The notes: generated by a model not told the origin, from the letters alone. Counted from the stretch's first letter, positions 30,101-44,864 are shown. The stretch: DNA of 64,000 bases from the human T2T-CHM13v2.0 reference genome, Homo sapiens (GCF_009914755.1 NC_060932.1); one strand, 5' to 3'. Program-made: numbers and translations.

Positions 30101-32181
30101 ATCCATTGAACAGTTTTTATTTATACAGAAATATCAGCTACACAGGGCATGAGGTTATAACATTTATAATTATATGATCAAAGGGTGTTTGTCAGCTTTA
30201 CATAAATACTTTCGATCATGTAATTACCTCCCTTTTACTTTTGTAACTATAAAGCACTTACTGTTTATAGGTTCCATGTATATTCTCAATTACTCTCATT
30301 TGGCCAGAGACTTCAAGAGACTTAATATGGTAGAAGAGACCATTAACCTCAGCTTACATGTGAAAATTTGACCTAATTACAAGATTATAACTTCATATGA
30401 AAAAAAAAGAAATTGACTTATGTTCAAGGCAAATGCACTGTAGTATAATATTTGCCTTTTACTCCTACTCTTCAATCTTATGGTTAATAGGGCAGTGAAA
30501 AACAATCATAAAATATGTTTGTTTGATCTCTACTGGTCAGTGCATGTGCTGATAAGGCTGGGCTCCATTCCAGTTCACTTCACTCTTTTCCATTGCCACT
30601 GACATCTCCGCCCACTGCCTCCTGCCAGGTGCACCCTTCTTCCCATGAGGAACTGGAGAGAATGTGTGACCCCATCGGTCTGAGTTTATGATGTGCAACC
30701 GATAGTGATTTTGAGCAAGTAAACAGTTCATTGCTATCTCTTGAAATAACAAAAAAAATAAGGTCTAGTTTTAACATGAGTAAGTTTTTATAGGGAAAAG
30801 TAAAAGGAAAGTCATGGGACTGCCAACATACACCATACCACACAGCGTGCCAACTCTCTGCAAGAAACAGGAACTAAGTCACACTAACACCAGCCCATTC
30901 AGTCTCCTCTAATCAAATGCGTGTCAAACTCTGCTTAGGGATGGTCAAAGAACAGTCCTTTTCCAATTCTAAAACGATGGGTGTTTTCACCATAGGATAA
31001 TACACACACTTACCCAAAAGAGCCTCTAGACTAGAAGAGTAAGGTAGATATATAGTCAGTTATGATAAAAGGAAAATGGAATGTAATCAGGGTTCAAAGG
31101 GAATCATATCCAATTAGAGAAGAAATGGAAGGGCTTGTTATGAAAAAGATGACATTTGATGGGACAGGAGCGCAGGGAGGATTTCAGCATGCAGAGTTAT
31201 GGAACAGAGCACATGCACGGTAGGCTAAGGGAAGAAGTGGTTACAAGGACAAGGAGGTAGCGAGAAGATGGAGGGCTCAGATAACCTACTGTATCAGCCA
31301 AAGCCCTTTCTTCTTATATTCATATTCTCTCCCCAGCCAGCTGTCCTTCCCACTTCTCCAATTGCTTTCCCAATGATTGAGCCATGACAATTCCTCCAAA
31401 TCATCCTGCTTTGTCTCCTGCAGCTCCCTCTTCTGGCCTGGACTCTGCTGTTTGCCAGTCTGCAATGCTGCCTACGTTGCCCTAATTCTCTTCGTAAGAT
31501 CATGACATTTTAGAATCTGAGAGCACATTAAAGAACATCTATGACAATTACCTCCATTGTTGCTCTAGTTGCCCTAATTTTTGTTTTAAGTTTTCTTATT
31601 GCCACGAAATCTTCTTCTTCCATTTCTTCTCTTATCCCTAGAAGGTCTAAAATTACTGACAGGACTGGTTATATTCAGTAGCCAGAGACAGCTGCCCTTG
31701 CTTCCACATAAAGCCACTCCCTACTTTTCAGCTCACACATAATCTCCATGAGAGCAATCAACAGGGTCAGATGGAACTAACTCTCACTCTCCTGATAGAA
31801 AACACCTGTTCTTACATAGGATTTCCAGTGAAATCTGTTGCAAGTTGGGTTTTGTTATAGGTTAACCAGTCAAAAGCTGATTAGAGGATAGCATACAGCA
31901 ATTCTTTTCAGCTTTCACGTGCATATAGATAGCCTGGGAATCCTATGAAAATGCAGATTCTGGTTGAGTAGGGTTGGACTGCGGCCTGAGACTCTGCACT
32001 TCTAATGAGTTTCCAGGTGACGTCAAATCTACTGAGCCATAAAATATTGCTTTGAATAGCAACATTATGGAGAATGTTGGAGAATTTCAAAGTAGTAGGA
32101 TCACACATCACTCTGTTGGATACAGTAAATACTTAAGACTTTCTTATGTGTCAGGCACTGGCTATTCAAAAATGAACAAAA

Positions 32182-32467
32182 GGCTGGGCGTGGTGGCTCA
32201 TGCCTATAATCCTAACCCTTAGAAGGCCCAGGACAGAGGCTTTCTTGAGCCTAGGAGTTCAAGACCAACCTGGGCATTATGGCAAAATCCCGTCTCTACA
32301 AGAAAAATTACCTGGGCATGGTGTCACATGCCTGTAGTCCCTGCCACTTGGGAGGCTGAGGTGGGAGGTTGAGGCTGCAGTGAGTCCTGACCCCACCACT
32401 GCACTCCAGCCTGGATGACAGAGTGAGACCCAATCTCCAAAGGAAGAAAAAAAAAAAAAAAAAAAAA
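32182..32467 (+). mobile_element. AluJ-like
   Basis: Alu consensus; AATGAACAA on both flanks. Confidence 0.88.
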
Positions 32468-33502
32468 CAATGAACAAGAAAGACATGGTTCTTCAAAGAT
32501 TTTAGAGTGTAGTGGGGAGAAATGCAGGCACAGATTTCAAAATGAAGTGGTAATTACTGGGCATTTGGAGTACCTAGAGAAGAGCTGCGTAGCCCAAGAA
32601 AACCATGGCAAGCCCCCACAATAGGCAGAGGAGCCCCTAAAGGAGAGACTGAGATGGAATGGCCAGAGGAGGAGAACCAAGAGACTGTAGAAACATGGAG
32701 CTCAAAGGAATAGAAACGAAATTTCAAGAAAGACTTCAGTGGTCAGATGAAACAGGAATGATGAAGGGATACGAGCCCAGGTGCCTAGTGGTGTTCAGCA
32801 CAGAGAAGACAGGCCGTGAGTATGTGTTGACCTACCTGGAAGATCATGTAGCCACATTCCAGCATCTTACAAAGAAGAAAACTTCTTGCGAGAAAGATGA
32901 TTTGCCCTAACCCACATAGTTCTTAGCTACAGTCTTAGATTTATTGATACCTCACCTAGGACACTAACAAAGAAAACCAAAGCCATAAAAGTGTAAACAA
33001 ATGGTAGGTAGCACAACATTTCATTATGTAAAAAGTTATGCTGACATTGACAACTAGGAAGGGATATTAACATGTATGGCATACACTTTTTGTTCCAAAC
33101 ATCATGCTAAGCACTTCCACTTATGTTACCTGGTTCTGCCCCTGAATGAACCCTAAGAAATAGGTATTCTCCTTTTTATAGAAGAGACACTTGTGACACT
33201 AGCGGCCTAATGTGACAGAGACACATGAGGAATTCATTGCAGGGTGCCCGGGAAATAAATCTTACTGGGGTTTCAGGAGTCATAGGTTATCATTGCTGCT
33301 GTGTGATCCTTCTCTGGCAAGCAGAGTTACTCCATTACAAGAAAAGACTAAGGGAACACTAATAACACATGTCTGGAGTATAATTAGACATAGATCCAGA
33401 AAGGAAAGCGAATCATTTCAGAAATGAATGTGTGCACTTAAGAGTCTGTTTATAGCATTTAGCAGTTTATTAGATTTTACTGGTTTTGTCTTGCAAATTC
33501 AG

Positions 33503-33679
33503 TTTGAGGCCGACAGACGTGCTTTTATCATCACTCTTAACTCCTTTGGCACTGAATTGAGCAAAGAAGACCGAGAGACCCTCTATCCAACCTTCGGCAA
33601 ACTCTATCCTGAGGGGTTGCGGCTGTTGGCTCAAGCAGAAGACTTTGACCAGATGAAGAACGTAGCGGATCATTACGGA
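33503..33679 (+). CDS. ATP6V0D2: V-ATPase subunit d2, exon 6 (177 bp)
   Basis: attcag|TTT GAG GCC..., [59 protein letters not shown]; donor GGA|gtatgt. Confidence 0.97.
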
Positions 33680-34856
33680 GTATGTGATGACACTGGCTTC
33701 CCTAAGTCCTTTGTGTTCATTCATTTCCATGTGCTTTAGAAGCTCACACATCAAATTTCCGCTTATACTCAAAAGAAGTAATAATATTTGTAAGGTAGCA
33801 ATCAGTGTTTCTTGCTGAAGCAATCTCTCCCTAAGAAACACGTTAAGTTTCTAGCCCAAGCTGCTAATTTTTAAAGTTCCTGCCAAGCAAGTACTTGTTT
33901 AAATCTCCAAGGAATGGTCATCTGAGCACTCCTTTTGAAGTGTTTGATAAAACAAGTTCCCCCAGGAGACTGGTTCAGTGTTCTGGAAATGTGAGCTCAT
34001 ATCAACGTTATGTAAAATAGTCTAACCCAGCAGCCCTTTCAGGTACCCACTAGGGAAACAAGGTTAGCCACAGAACGTCTAGGTGGACGGCAAGGAACAA
34101 TATGGATGTATTAGTTTTTCCACTCACCTTGCTGAGTGGCCAGAAATCAGGAGAGGAAACATAGCTGCTTGTGTCCTTCCCCCACTCCAGCATCCAGTTG
34201 CTCTTGGAGCGCCTGAAGCTCCTCAGCTTAAGGTTGTACACTTTGGCTCAGCTTCCATTCCCTCTGACTTGCACACATTTACATAACCTCCAGGTAACTT
34301 TTCCAGGGCTAGAATGACACTCATCTTTTCCTCCAGATTTCTGAAGCACTCCAGGAAAGATGAAAGTCAGCAAATGCGTAACCCTTGTGACATCTCATAT
34401 GTAATTGCGTGAGACTCTTTAGCGTAATATTAAAATTTGAATTTCTCCCAAATTCCACCCCTTCCACACTGGAAACTACATGTGAATTTTATCAATTTTC
34501 ATCTCAAAGAACCATGAAACCTTACTGACCAAATCATGAACATTCACTGAGCTTCTATAATGTACCTAGCTAGCCCTAAGAACCTGAGTGAGAAAATGAG
34601 CTCAAACACTGTATACTGAGAGTTGAATTGCCTTGTAGCCCTGAACAAGCCAATAGGCTAGAATTTCATCCACACTCTTGTTATTTGGATTTTTTTATTG
34701 TTTCTTCGGGAGGCCAAAATCCTATAAAAAAACATTCAGTCTTCCTGGTATTTTTTTTTAAATAGGTACACAATTTCTATAATGCTAGGAAAAATATATT
34801 TATATACATTTATAAGAAATGAAAATGTCTTTAAAATTAATGTCTTTGTTTTTAAG

Positions 34857-34931
34857 GTATACAAACCTTTATTTGAAGCTGTAGGTGGCAGTGGGGGAAA
34901 GACATTGGAGGACGTGTTTTACGAGCGTGAG
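34857..34931 (+). CDS. ATP6V0D2: V-ATPase subunit d2, exon 7 (75 bp)
   Basis: tttaag|GTA TAC AAA..., VYKPLFEAVGGSGGKTLEDVFYERE; donor GAG|gtatga. Confidence 0.96.
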
Positions 34932-35304
34932 GTATGATATAAGTGGAAATACTATTAGCTTATTTTTCTCTTACTGTGGATTTTATATATTTTCTTACTT
35001 TGGGTTTTCTTTTTACAGCTGATCATGCCAATTGATTAGGCACATTCATAGCTTGATAGTCAGTGATGTATTATTGCTACAAAGTTACACACAGACCTAG
35101 GAATCTTTGTGCTAGCAGTGCTGCTAAAGTTTGTAGCTTTTCTTTTTTTTTTTTTTTTTTATACCCTCCTAAAAGAGTTTACTTAAAAACTGCGAGAAGT
35201 AATGGAAGTACATTCAATTCCTCATGGAATTTGCTGAAGAACATTATTACAAATGCTACAAATTTTAGTGTAATATTTTGGTTAATCATATGAGATAATG
35301 TTTC

Positions 35305-35950
35305 TTTTTTTAAAAAAAAATTGTGTTATACTTTAAGTTCTGAGATACATGTGCAGAATGTGCAGGTTTTGTTATGTAGGTATACGTGTGCCATGGTGGG
35401 TTGCTGCACCCCTCAACCCATCATCTACTTTAGGTATTTCTCCTAATGCTATCCCTCCCCTATTCCCCCCACCGACAGGCCCCAGTGTGTGATGTTCCCC
35501 TCCCTGTGCTCATATGTTTTCATTGTTCAACTCCCCCTTATGAGTGAAAACATGTGGTGTTTGGTTTTTCTGTTCCTGTGTTAGTTTGCTGAGAATGATG
35601 GTCTCCAGCTTTATCCATGTCCCTGCAAAGGACATGAACTCATCCTTTTTTATGGCTGCATAGTATTCCATGGTATATATGTGCCACATTTTCTTTATCC
35701 AGGCTATCACTGATGGGCATTTGGGTTGGTTCCAAGTCTTTGCTATTGGGAAAAGTGCTGCAATAAACATATGTGTGCAGGTGTCTTTATAGTAGGATGA
35801 TTTATAATCTTTTAGGTATATACCCAGTAATGGGATCGCTGGGTCAAATGATATTTCTGGTTCTAGATCCTTGAAGAATTGCCACACTATCTTCCACAAT
35901 GGTTGAACTAATTTACACTCCCACTAACAGTGTGAAAGCGTTCCTATTTC
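35305..35950 (-). mobile_element. 5'-truncated L1PA (approx. L1PA7-type) in intron 7
   Basis: ORF 35510-35899 is the ORF2p C-terminus (WNQPKCPS..WIKKMWHIYTMEYY) plus L1PA 3' UTR. Confidence 0.92.
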
Positions 35951-36202
35951 AATTTGGAGCTTTTCTTGTGATTCTACAAACTTACTTTAATAACTTCCGT
36001 TGTCTACATTTATCTGCAGAGTGACACTCTCTCTTTAGAACTTTCTGAGTTGTCACCATACTCCTCTATTTGGCCCAATTTAGAGATTGCCTGTTTAAAC
36101 ACAAATAAGCACTGCACAAGTTCAAGCCAGTCAGTAGCTTAATATTATTCCATAATGTTCCAAATAAGCTGATGATCTGTGTTACTTTTTTTCTTTCCTC
36201 AG

Positions 36203-36364
36203 GTACAAATGAATGTGCTGGCATTCAACAGACAGTTCCACTACGGTGTGTTTTATGCATATGTAAAGCTGAAGGAACAGGAAATTAGAAATATTGTGTG
36301 GATAGCAGAATGTATTTCACAGAGGCATCGAACTAAAATCAACAGTTACATTCCAATTTTATAA
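36203..36364 (+). CDS. ATP6V0D2: V-ATPase subunit d2, last coding exon 8 (through TAA)
   Basis: cctcag|GTA CAA ATG..., [53 protein letters not shown]. Confidence 0.97.
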   Translation, partial: VQMNVLAFNRQFHYGVFYAYVKLKEQEIRNIVWIAECISQRHRTKINSYIPIL

Positions 36365-37625
36365 CCCAAGTAAGGTTCTCAAATGTAGAAAATTATAAAT
36401 GTTAAAAGGAAGTTATTGAAGAAAATAAAAGAAATTATGTTATATTATCTAGACTACACAAAAGTAAGCCACACTATATCTTCATGAGTTGCAAATCCAT
36501 GGAAACACAGTAAACCAGCCCTGAAACAAAGCATTTCCTTGTTTTCAGTGGTATTAGATCTTGTTTCCACGTCTGTCTCATTCTTCACTGGGCCTTACAG
36601 GTTAGTTTTAATTAACTCTATGGTATTTTTCTTATTCTTGTTTGATCATGTTAAAAATTGGACCTAATAAAAGTATTTTATTCTTGCTTTTCCATGCTTC
36701 TCTACAGGTCCAAATACTGAATGTCTCCTTTACTTTTTCTCTTTTAAATTTTTTTCTAGACAGGGTCTCACTCTGTCACCTAGGCTACAGTGCAGTGGTG
36801 TGATCACAGCTCACTGCAGCCTCGACTTCCCAGGCTCAAGTGATCCTCCCAGCTCTCAGCCTCCAAAGTAGCTGGCACTACAAGTGTACACCCCCACACA
36901 AGGCTAAGTTTTGTATTTTTTGTAGAGACAGGGTTTCAACATATTATCCAGGCTGGTGTCGAATTCCTGGGCTCCAGGGATCCACAGTCCCCCTTGGCCT
37001 CCCAAAGTGTTGGGATTACATGCATGAGCCACTGTGCTGGGCTTCATTTACATTTTAACTGTCTGTTCCTTGCCTAGATTCACAGAAATCCAAAGCTGTA
37101 TGTAGTCAACATGGTTCACAAGTGTTGGAAAATGTGTTTTTTGTTTTGTTTTGTTTTGTTTTGTTTCGTTTTGTTTTGAGACAGAGTTTCCCTCTGTCGC
37201 CCAGGCTAGAGTGCAATGGCGTGATCTCGGCTCACTGCAACCTCCACCTCCCAGATTCAAGCAACTCTCTGCCTCAGCCTCCCGAGTAGCTGGGATTACA
37301 AGCACCCACCACTACACTCAGCTAATTTTTTGTATTTTTAGTAGAGCCGGGGTTTCACCATCTTGGCCAGGCTGATCTTGAACTCCTGAGCTCATGATCC
37401 ACCCGCCTCAGCCTCCCAAAGTGCTGGGATTACAGGCCCCTTGTTCAGCCACTGCACCTGGCCCCTTATTTTGTTTTTGTTTTCTAATATACTTTGATGT
37501 AATCAGCTTGAGAAAGCAACACAATTTCAAATCCTATCTTCTAGATGCAAGCAGTGCTAAATTTGTTAATAAATTTGCTTTTCACACCTTTCTTTAAATA
37601 AAAGGTATATCTCTCTTTCTTGTGG
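36365..37625 (+). other. ATP6V0D2: Probable 3' UTR of ATP6V0D2
   Basis: Follows the stop codon; AATAAA at 36424, 36666, 37568 and 37597; the end is inferred. Confidence 0.65.
36750..37463 (-). mobile_element. Two antisense Alus (AluJ-like ~36750-37042; AluS-like ~37135-37463 with TTTTG tail)
   Basis: Alu consensus sequences. Confidence 0.9.
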
Positions 37626-37640
37626 TTTCTTCCTTCTTTA
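37568..37640 (+). terminator. Distal polyadenylation signal cluster
   Basis: AATAAA at 37568 and 37597 followed by U/GU-rich element CTTTCTTGTGGTTTCTTCCTT. Confidence 0.65.
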
Positions 37641-38019
37641 CATGAGAAGAAAATGACCTCCTTAATTGTAGTTTACTCATTCAAAAATCGCAGGTTCAGT
37701 TTTCAGGGTATGAATTATCTATTAAAATCTCAGTAGAAATGGTGCATAGAGCTACCAGGAAAAAAAAGACAACAAAGCACTGCTCAAGTCCTTCCTTTAA
37801 ATATAAAACATATTAACATATTCCTAAATGTAAAATCTATATTTGCCATGTTTTAAAAAATAAACCCATATATATTTGAAAATTCTTCAAATCAGAATAT
37901 GTACAGAGAGTATACAAATACTGATATCTAGAATTAGATGCATAGACCAAGGAGTAAATCAAATTTTCTTCAAAAATCTAGCTTTTTTAGTTAAATATTT
38001 TAATAATTTTAGTGATAGG

Positions 38020-38312
38020 AACTTTTTTGTTGTTGTTGAAACAGGGTCTTGCTCCATCACCCAGGCTGGAATGCAGTGGTGGGATCACAGGTTACTGGAG
38101 CCTCCACCTCCCAGGCTCAAGTGATCCTCCTGCCTCTCAGCCTCCCAAGTAGCTGGAACCAGAGGTGTGTGCCACCACAACTGCCTAATTTTTTTTTTCT
38201 TTTTTAAGGTAGAGACAGTGTCTCTACATGTTGCCCAGGCTGATCTCAAACTCAGGCAATCCTCCCACCTCGACTTCCCCAAGTGCTAGGATTACAGCCA
38301 CAACGCCCGGCC
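38020..38312 (-). mobile_element. AluJ-like
   Basis: Alu consensus; AGGAACTTTT on both flanks. Confidence 0.88.
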
Positions 38313-38432
38313 AAAAGGAACTTTTAAGCATACAGTAAAATAGTGGCTCATAGAACCAGGAAGAAAGCCAAGTGCCTAGCCTCACATCTATGCAGGAGGC
38401 CCAGCCCACACCAGGGTCCTGTTAGTACTTGA

Positions 38433-38449
38433 AGTGCCCCCTGGAGGGC
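38433..38449 (-). promoter_or_regulatory. Candidate CTCF site
   Basis: Minus strand GCCCTCCAGGGGGCACT matches the CTCF core consensus; motif evidence only. Confidence 0.5.
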
Positions 38450-39145
38450 TCCAGTGCAGACCCATCAGCTGGAGCCAAAGCAGCCACTGACCAAGTGTGG
38501 CCCCTGGTCTGGAAAGCATCTTCCCTGCCTTGCTCAGGATGCTGTCCTTCACGGGGGGGTGGGGGGTTGGACCCAGAGACACCTCTATTGTACATTTTAA
38601 CTTGTGGTTTCTGGTGATGGGTTTAAGGCTTAGGGCTCCCTTAAAGGTCGGGAGGAAAAGACACTGATGGGAAAGGGATAGCTTAAAGAAAGGCACCAAG
38701 GTGATTCTCAGACTATCCCCTTCCCACCCCACCTCTACATGATATGGGTAGGGCCCTTAATGTGCCACAAGGCTGCAGGCTGAAGTTAAATTCCCTTTCT
38801 CTGGATATAAACAGACGATTCCAATCCTTCCAACCCCTTCCTCAGCCACCCAAGAGTCCAACCATTATGTGAATACAGAAGAGAGGAACTTCCCTAATCC
38901 CTTGAGGCAAGTAGAAAGTGCACCTAGCATGGATAAGGATATATACATTGCGATTTGAAGAATTTGCCTTGAAGTTTCATAGCTTTTCAGTGGCTGAGCT
39001 GGGATCTGACTGCTTCATCATGCCTCAGGGAACTGGGCTGCAATGGAAAACATGAACCTTTGAAAAACATCTTACAAAATGAGGCCCAAAAGTTCAGATA
39101 CTATACATGGAACACAGAAAACAGTGAGGCAAAGACTAATTTCTT

Positions 39146-39443
39146 GGGCAGGGTGCAGTGGCTCACACCTGTACTCCCAGCATTTTGGGAGGCCAAGGCA
39201 GGTGAATCACTTGAGGTCAGGCATTTGAGACCAGCCTGACCAACATGGTAAAACCCCGTCTCCACTAAAAACACAAAAATTAGCCAGGTGTGGTGACACA
39301 GGCCTGTAGTCCCAGCTACTCGGGAGGCTGAGGTGGGAGGATTGCTTGAGCCTGAGAGGCGGAGGTTGCAGTAAGTCAAGATTGGACCACTACAGTCCAG
39401 CCCGGGCCACACAGCAAGACTCCATCTCAAAAAATAAAAAAAA
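39146..39443 (+). mobile_element. Alu
   Basis: Alu consensus; TAATTTCTTG on both flanks. Confidence 0.9.
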
Positions 39444-40019
39444 TTAATTTCTTGTTCTAAGTAACTGAAGCTGAGGCTCCTCACCATCCCTTCTCCACCC
39501 TCCTCCTGAACATTTCATCAGTCCCTCAAATTCCCTCCTCTATCTGCTGCAGTTGGTGTCAGAACATTATATTCCAATTAAACTCTAGACAGAATTCTTG
39601 GTGGTCTGCAGCCAGTCCTGCCTGTACTCAGGGTCTCTAGCCTTCTGCTCCCATCCATTGCTCTCAAGGGTTCGCAGGTCCTCTATCAGCCTATCTGTGG
39701 GCAGAATTTGTTAGTCCTCTAATGAGATTTTGCAGTTGCAGAATTGTGTTTCTCTATGGGATACAAATGCAGCAGCTGCAATTCTCAGGACATTTGGAGA
39801 ACATTTCAGAAGAAAGGCAGTCGTTTCGGTTGTTCAGATGCTTTAGGAAAGAGGAACACTGACTAAGGGCTGGCGGAGATACTGAATTTGAGTTTGGCCC
39901 AAAAGCTAAGTATTATTGAACATTGACAGAATTCCGTTAAGTACCTGGAGAGCCCTCCACCCCCTCCACAGCATGGTAACAGTGTAATAGGTCATTGGGA
40001 GGCTAAAAGAAATATTTGT

Positions 40020-40318
40020 AGGCCTGGCTCACGCCTGTACTATCAGCACTTTGGGAGGCTGAGGCGGGAAGATCACTTGAGGTCAGGAATTTGAGACCAG
40101 CCTGGCCAACATGGCAAAACCCCGTTTCTACTAAAAATACAAAAATTAGCCAGGCCTGGTGGCACATGCCTGTAGTCCAAGCTACTCAGGAGGTTAAGTC
40201 AGGAGAACCACTTGAACCCGGGGAGGGTGGAGGTTGCAGTGAGCCGAGATCACAGCATTGCACTCCAGCCTGGGCGACAGAGCAAGACTCCAACTCAAAA
40301 ACAACAACAACAACAAAA
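40020..40318 (+). mobile_element. Alu (AluS-like) with (CAA)n tail
   Basis: Alu consensus. Confidence 0.9.
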
Positions 40319-41186
40319 CTGTAGAGTGAAGAAAGTCTTGGTGATAATCAGATCTGAGGGGCTTCATTAATAGTAATTTTTGAGTCTACCACTTAAAAAT
40401 GCATTAATAATGTCTTAGATCTCACAGACAAGACACAGGAAAGATGCAATTACAGTTCACTCTGTTTTGTCTTAGTTACTCTCAGGAGCGGACAAAATTC
40501 TCCCTGTTGTATGATTCATTTTATTCATTTTGAGTCATTTTGTCTTCACCTCAGCAAATGGAAACACTAGTACTTATATATACTGAATAAGAATTGCTGG
40601 GCAATATATGTGGCATTATCAGAGGGCATCATTTTCAGTGATTTCATCCCTTATGTCTCACAATAGCTGAGCCCAAGAGTTTTGATGTCATCTTGGATGA
40701 CTGCATAATCATAAGATGTGTAAGTTTTATATATACACAAACATAGGATATGGAAACTATAATAATGCCCAAACTACTTTCCCTAAGTAATCCCTCTCTC
40801 TGGCATCTTCATTATTCCATCTGGCCTTCCATAGTGGCTTTTCCACTGACTCCCCCTTTCTCCTCAGTCATTCGTGCTGCAGTTTTCAGCTTCCACCACT
40901 TGCTGAACGTTTGGTCAGTAATTGAAATCCAACTCATCACAGCCCTACTCAACATCAATGACATCTGGCTCCTTATGTAAGGGAGGCCAGGTTAGAGTTA
41001 TCTTTGGAATGAAAGCAGAATAAGGAAAGAAGATGCACATACAGACCATTGTGAATATCAATATATTAGAAAGGAATTGTCCCCAGAGAATTACCATTCT
41101 AACTAGATCTACAAACGCCATTCCAAAGCTAGGCTTACTGACAAAATATAAACGTACATCAGTAGCTCTATTGCAGTAGCAGACTG

Positions 41187-41331
41187 CTGTACTCCCAGCA
41201 CTTTGGGAGGCTAAGGCAGGCAGATCACTTGAGGTCAGGAATTTGAGACCAGCCTGGCCAACATGACGAAACCCCGTTTTTACTAAAAATACAAAAATTA
41301 GCCAGGCATGGTGGCACATGCCTGTAATCCC
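41187..41331 (+). mobile_element. Partial Alu, both ends missing
   Basis: Left arm, linker and start of right arm only. Confidence 0.85.
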
Positions 41332-43226
41332 TGAGACTGGCGGTACTTGCTAGTGGGACAGATTTCTTATTGATGGTCAGACAGCAGCACCAGATTCGCT
41401 GACACTGAGTCAAGCTCTTCAGTGGTGAATGTCATTATTACCGTTATCTTTTAAACAAATCGAAATTCTAGATTTTAAATAATTTATACATTTTCTGATT
41501 CTACTTTTGGAGGTTTTAAAAAATTAAAGCATCTATTTAGCTGCTCAGTTGTTAATGCTGAGATGTACATTTCATTGTGTAAGATGCTCACTGTTTCACA
41601 TTTTGGATTTATTTCAACTTGGGTTTTAAACAATTTTGTTTTTCATATAGATGTAAGAGTGGATACCAATATATTTCAGGTTATTTCTACAACACCAGGA
41701 ATTTTTAAAAATTAAAAGATTATTCTGAAAATAAAAAACTTAGAACTCAGATTTAATATCTTCATGATTCAATTTTTAAAAATTCAGTAATATATTTATT
41801 AAGATCAGCTTGGATGGGTGGGTGACCAGGAATCCCAGCTCCCAGTGTCCAGATCATTTATTTGTACACAAGGATTCACCATGGTTGTACAATGACAGTT
41901 GTATATGCTGATTAAATTCTTCAGAGCCTCAAATGCTTTTCAGAAAGTAGATCATAAGAAAGTTCTGCAGGATTCAGATATGCAAATAAATAAGCAAACA
42001 TAAATTATGTCATAGGGAATTAACACTTCACAGTTTAACTGTGTCTTATACTGGATGTAACTCCATGAAACACGAGGATTATTTTAGCTATAGAATTTAA
42101 TATGAGTCCTTAACAGTGACTTTAATCCATGGATATCTTTCTTCAGAATAATAGACATTTGCACATCCTCCCAAAATTTTGCATAACGCATGAAAGGACT
42201 ATAGATGCTCTAAAATCCACTGAGCAACCTAGAGGTCTATAGACTCCAGGTTAGACACCTCCATTGCATAAGCTGAGGAAGAAATGACAGGTTAGACAGC
42301 AATAAATGGAAAAGAATTTTAATTTGAAAAATGAAATATATGTACACACGTACCTTTCCCATATCTTAAAAGGACATCCTGTTGTGCTGAGCAAGTAGCT
42401 TCAGGATGGAGGCAACATTTTAGGTGGAGAAGGGCTCCCTACCTGCCCAATCAATCATGTCAATCACAGAGATGGTGAAGAGACCAAGGTCACAAGTAGT
42501 TTGCTTACATAACAAATTGAAATTATAATCCAAAGCATCCATATTCTACTTCTTAAAAATATTAATGTTCCTATCCATTAAATGCATTACTCAATGCTAT
42601 TGGTTTTTGCAAGAACAGTAGGTGAAAATTTGTGGGTTGTTTTTAAAAAAAATAATTGTGCGGAGATTATGTTGTAGGAAAATAAAAAATAAAATAAAAG
42701 CAAATGCTGACCAGCTGATGTTTCTTGAAGCACACTCCAGGATTGAATGATCAAATGGAAAAAAATTACTTTTAAGCCTTTACCTTTGGTGAAATAGAAG
42801 GAAATTGCACTCTCACATTTCCTCGTGTCACCTAGAAATGAATCATTTCTATCTTTTTAGTCAACTGTTATTGCTTAAAGTCAAATAAAAGTAAGCCAAG
42901 TGGAAGAGTAAAGAGTGAGCAGGACAGACGCATAACCTCCTCAGTAAATACTATAAATCCCAGAAGAGCAGGTGGAAATTTAAATCAGTATATTTCCCAG
43001 GGGGAAGCATATATATTTATGTTGAGGAAGCAGCCTCTGCTATCCTGCATTGATGAGGCCATTTTCAGGGAAGACTATGGAGAGAATGAGTGTGTATAAA
43101 TCAAAAACAGCCAGGGACACTGCTCACCCCTCCAAAGCCACATGGAAAACATAAATTGACTTAAGACAGGAGTAATTTTAAAATATGGGAAGGCAGCAGC
43201 AAGGAGAAATGGAATGCCTCTGTAAA

Positions 43227-43270
<44 letters not shown>
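43227..43270. repeat. (AAT)~14 microsatellite
   Basis: Direct observation. Confidence 0.97.
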
Positions 43271-43271
<1 letters not shown>

Positions 43272-43969
43272 GCCTAAATCAGCAGTCAATGCAGAAGAAA
43301 CCTCAACAGGGAGTAGAACTTTTTTCAAAATTCACTCTGGGCTGGAGCCGTGAGAGTAACCTGCTTTGAGGGATAACTAATCTGAGGAAAACGAAGTAAA
43401 AGCATATGAATGAGAAGCATATTCTTTCTAGGTCAAGCTAATGCTTTAACATTTTTCCACCTAAGTTCTTTAGGTTTTCCCTATGTATTTGACCAACTTT
43501 AACTATTGTAAACACTAAATTTATAAAGAATAGACTCAGAACAAGAAAACAAATGCTAGCTTTAAACTCATAGACACTGTGGAAGCAAAGCGCTTAACTT
43601 CTCACAGACCAAGAGAAGGCAGCAGGGCAGCTTTTGCTGGACAGCAAAAGGACCCACCTGCACAGCTACCAAAGTGCTCTATGTCTATTTTAAGAAGGCT
43701 CGTCTCAAATTCAACAAATGCTTAATAGAGAGTGATCCCTCATCTCAGGCATTTTATAAATGTGGTTGTTGCAGATACAAAGGAAAAGCTCCCTTTTTAT
43801 TAAACAGGAATTATAAAGTAGTCTTTATACTTTATAAAGTATAGGAATTATAAAGAAAGATCAGTAGTCTTTCTTTTCAAGCTTATAAAAGGGCTAGCAC
43901 CCCTGTTATAGTAAGTTTTAGGGACTAAATGACACGGCCAACTGACGTAAATCCAAGGCCAGAATTTAA

Positions 43970-44835
<866 letters not shown>

Positions 44836-44864
44836 TTTAATTTATTTTTTAAATTTTTATCTAA

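Noticed and set aside
33470-33841. 123-aa antisense ORF over exon 6
   Set aside because: Shadow ORF of coding sequence with no independent support
34851-36210. Exons 7 and 8 (and exon 3) begin with GT, forming AG|GT recursive-splice-like junctions
   Set aside because: Downstream bases are poor donors and are explained by codon content
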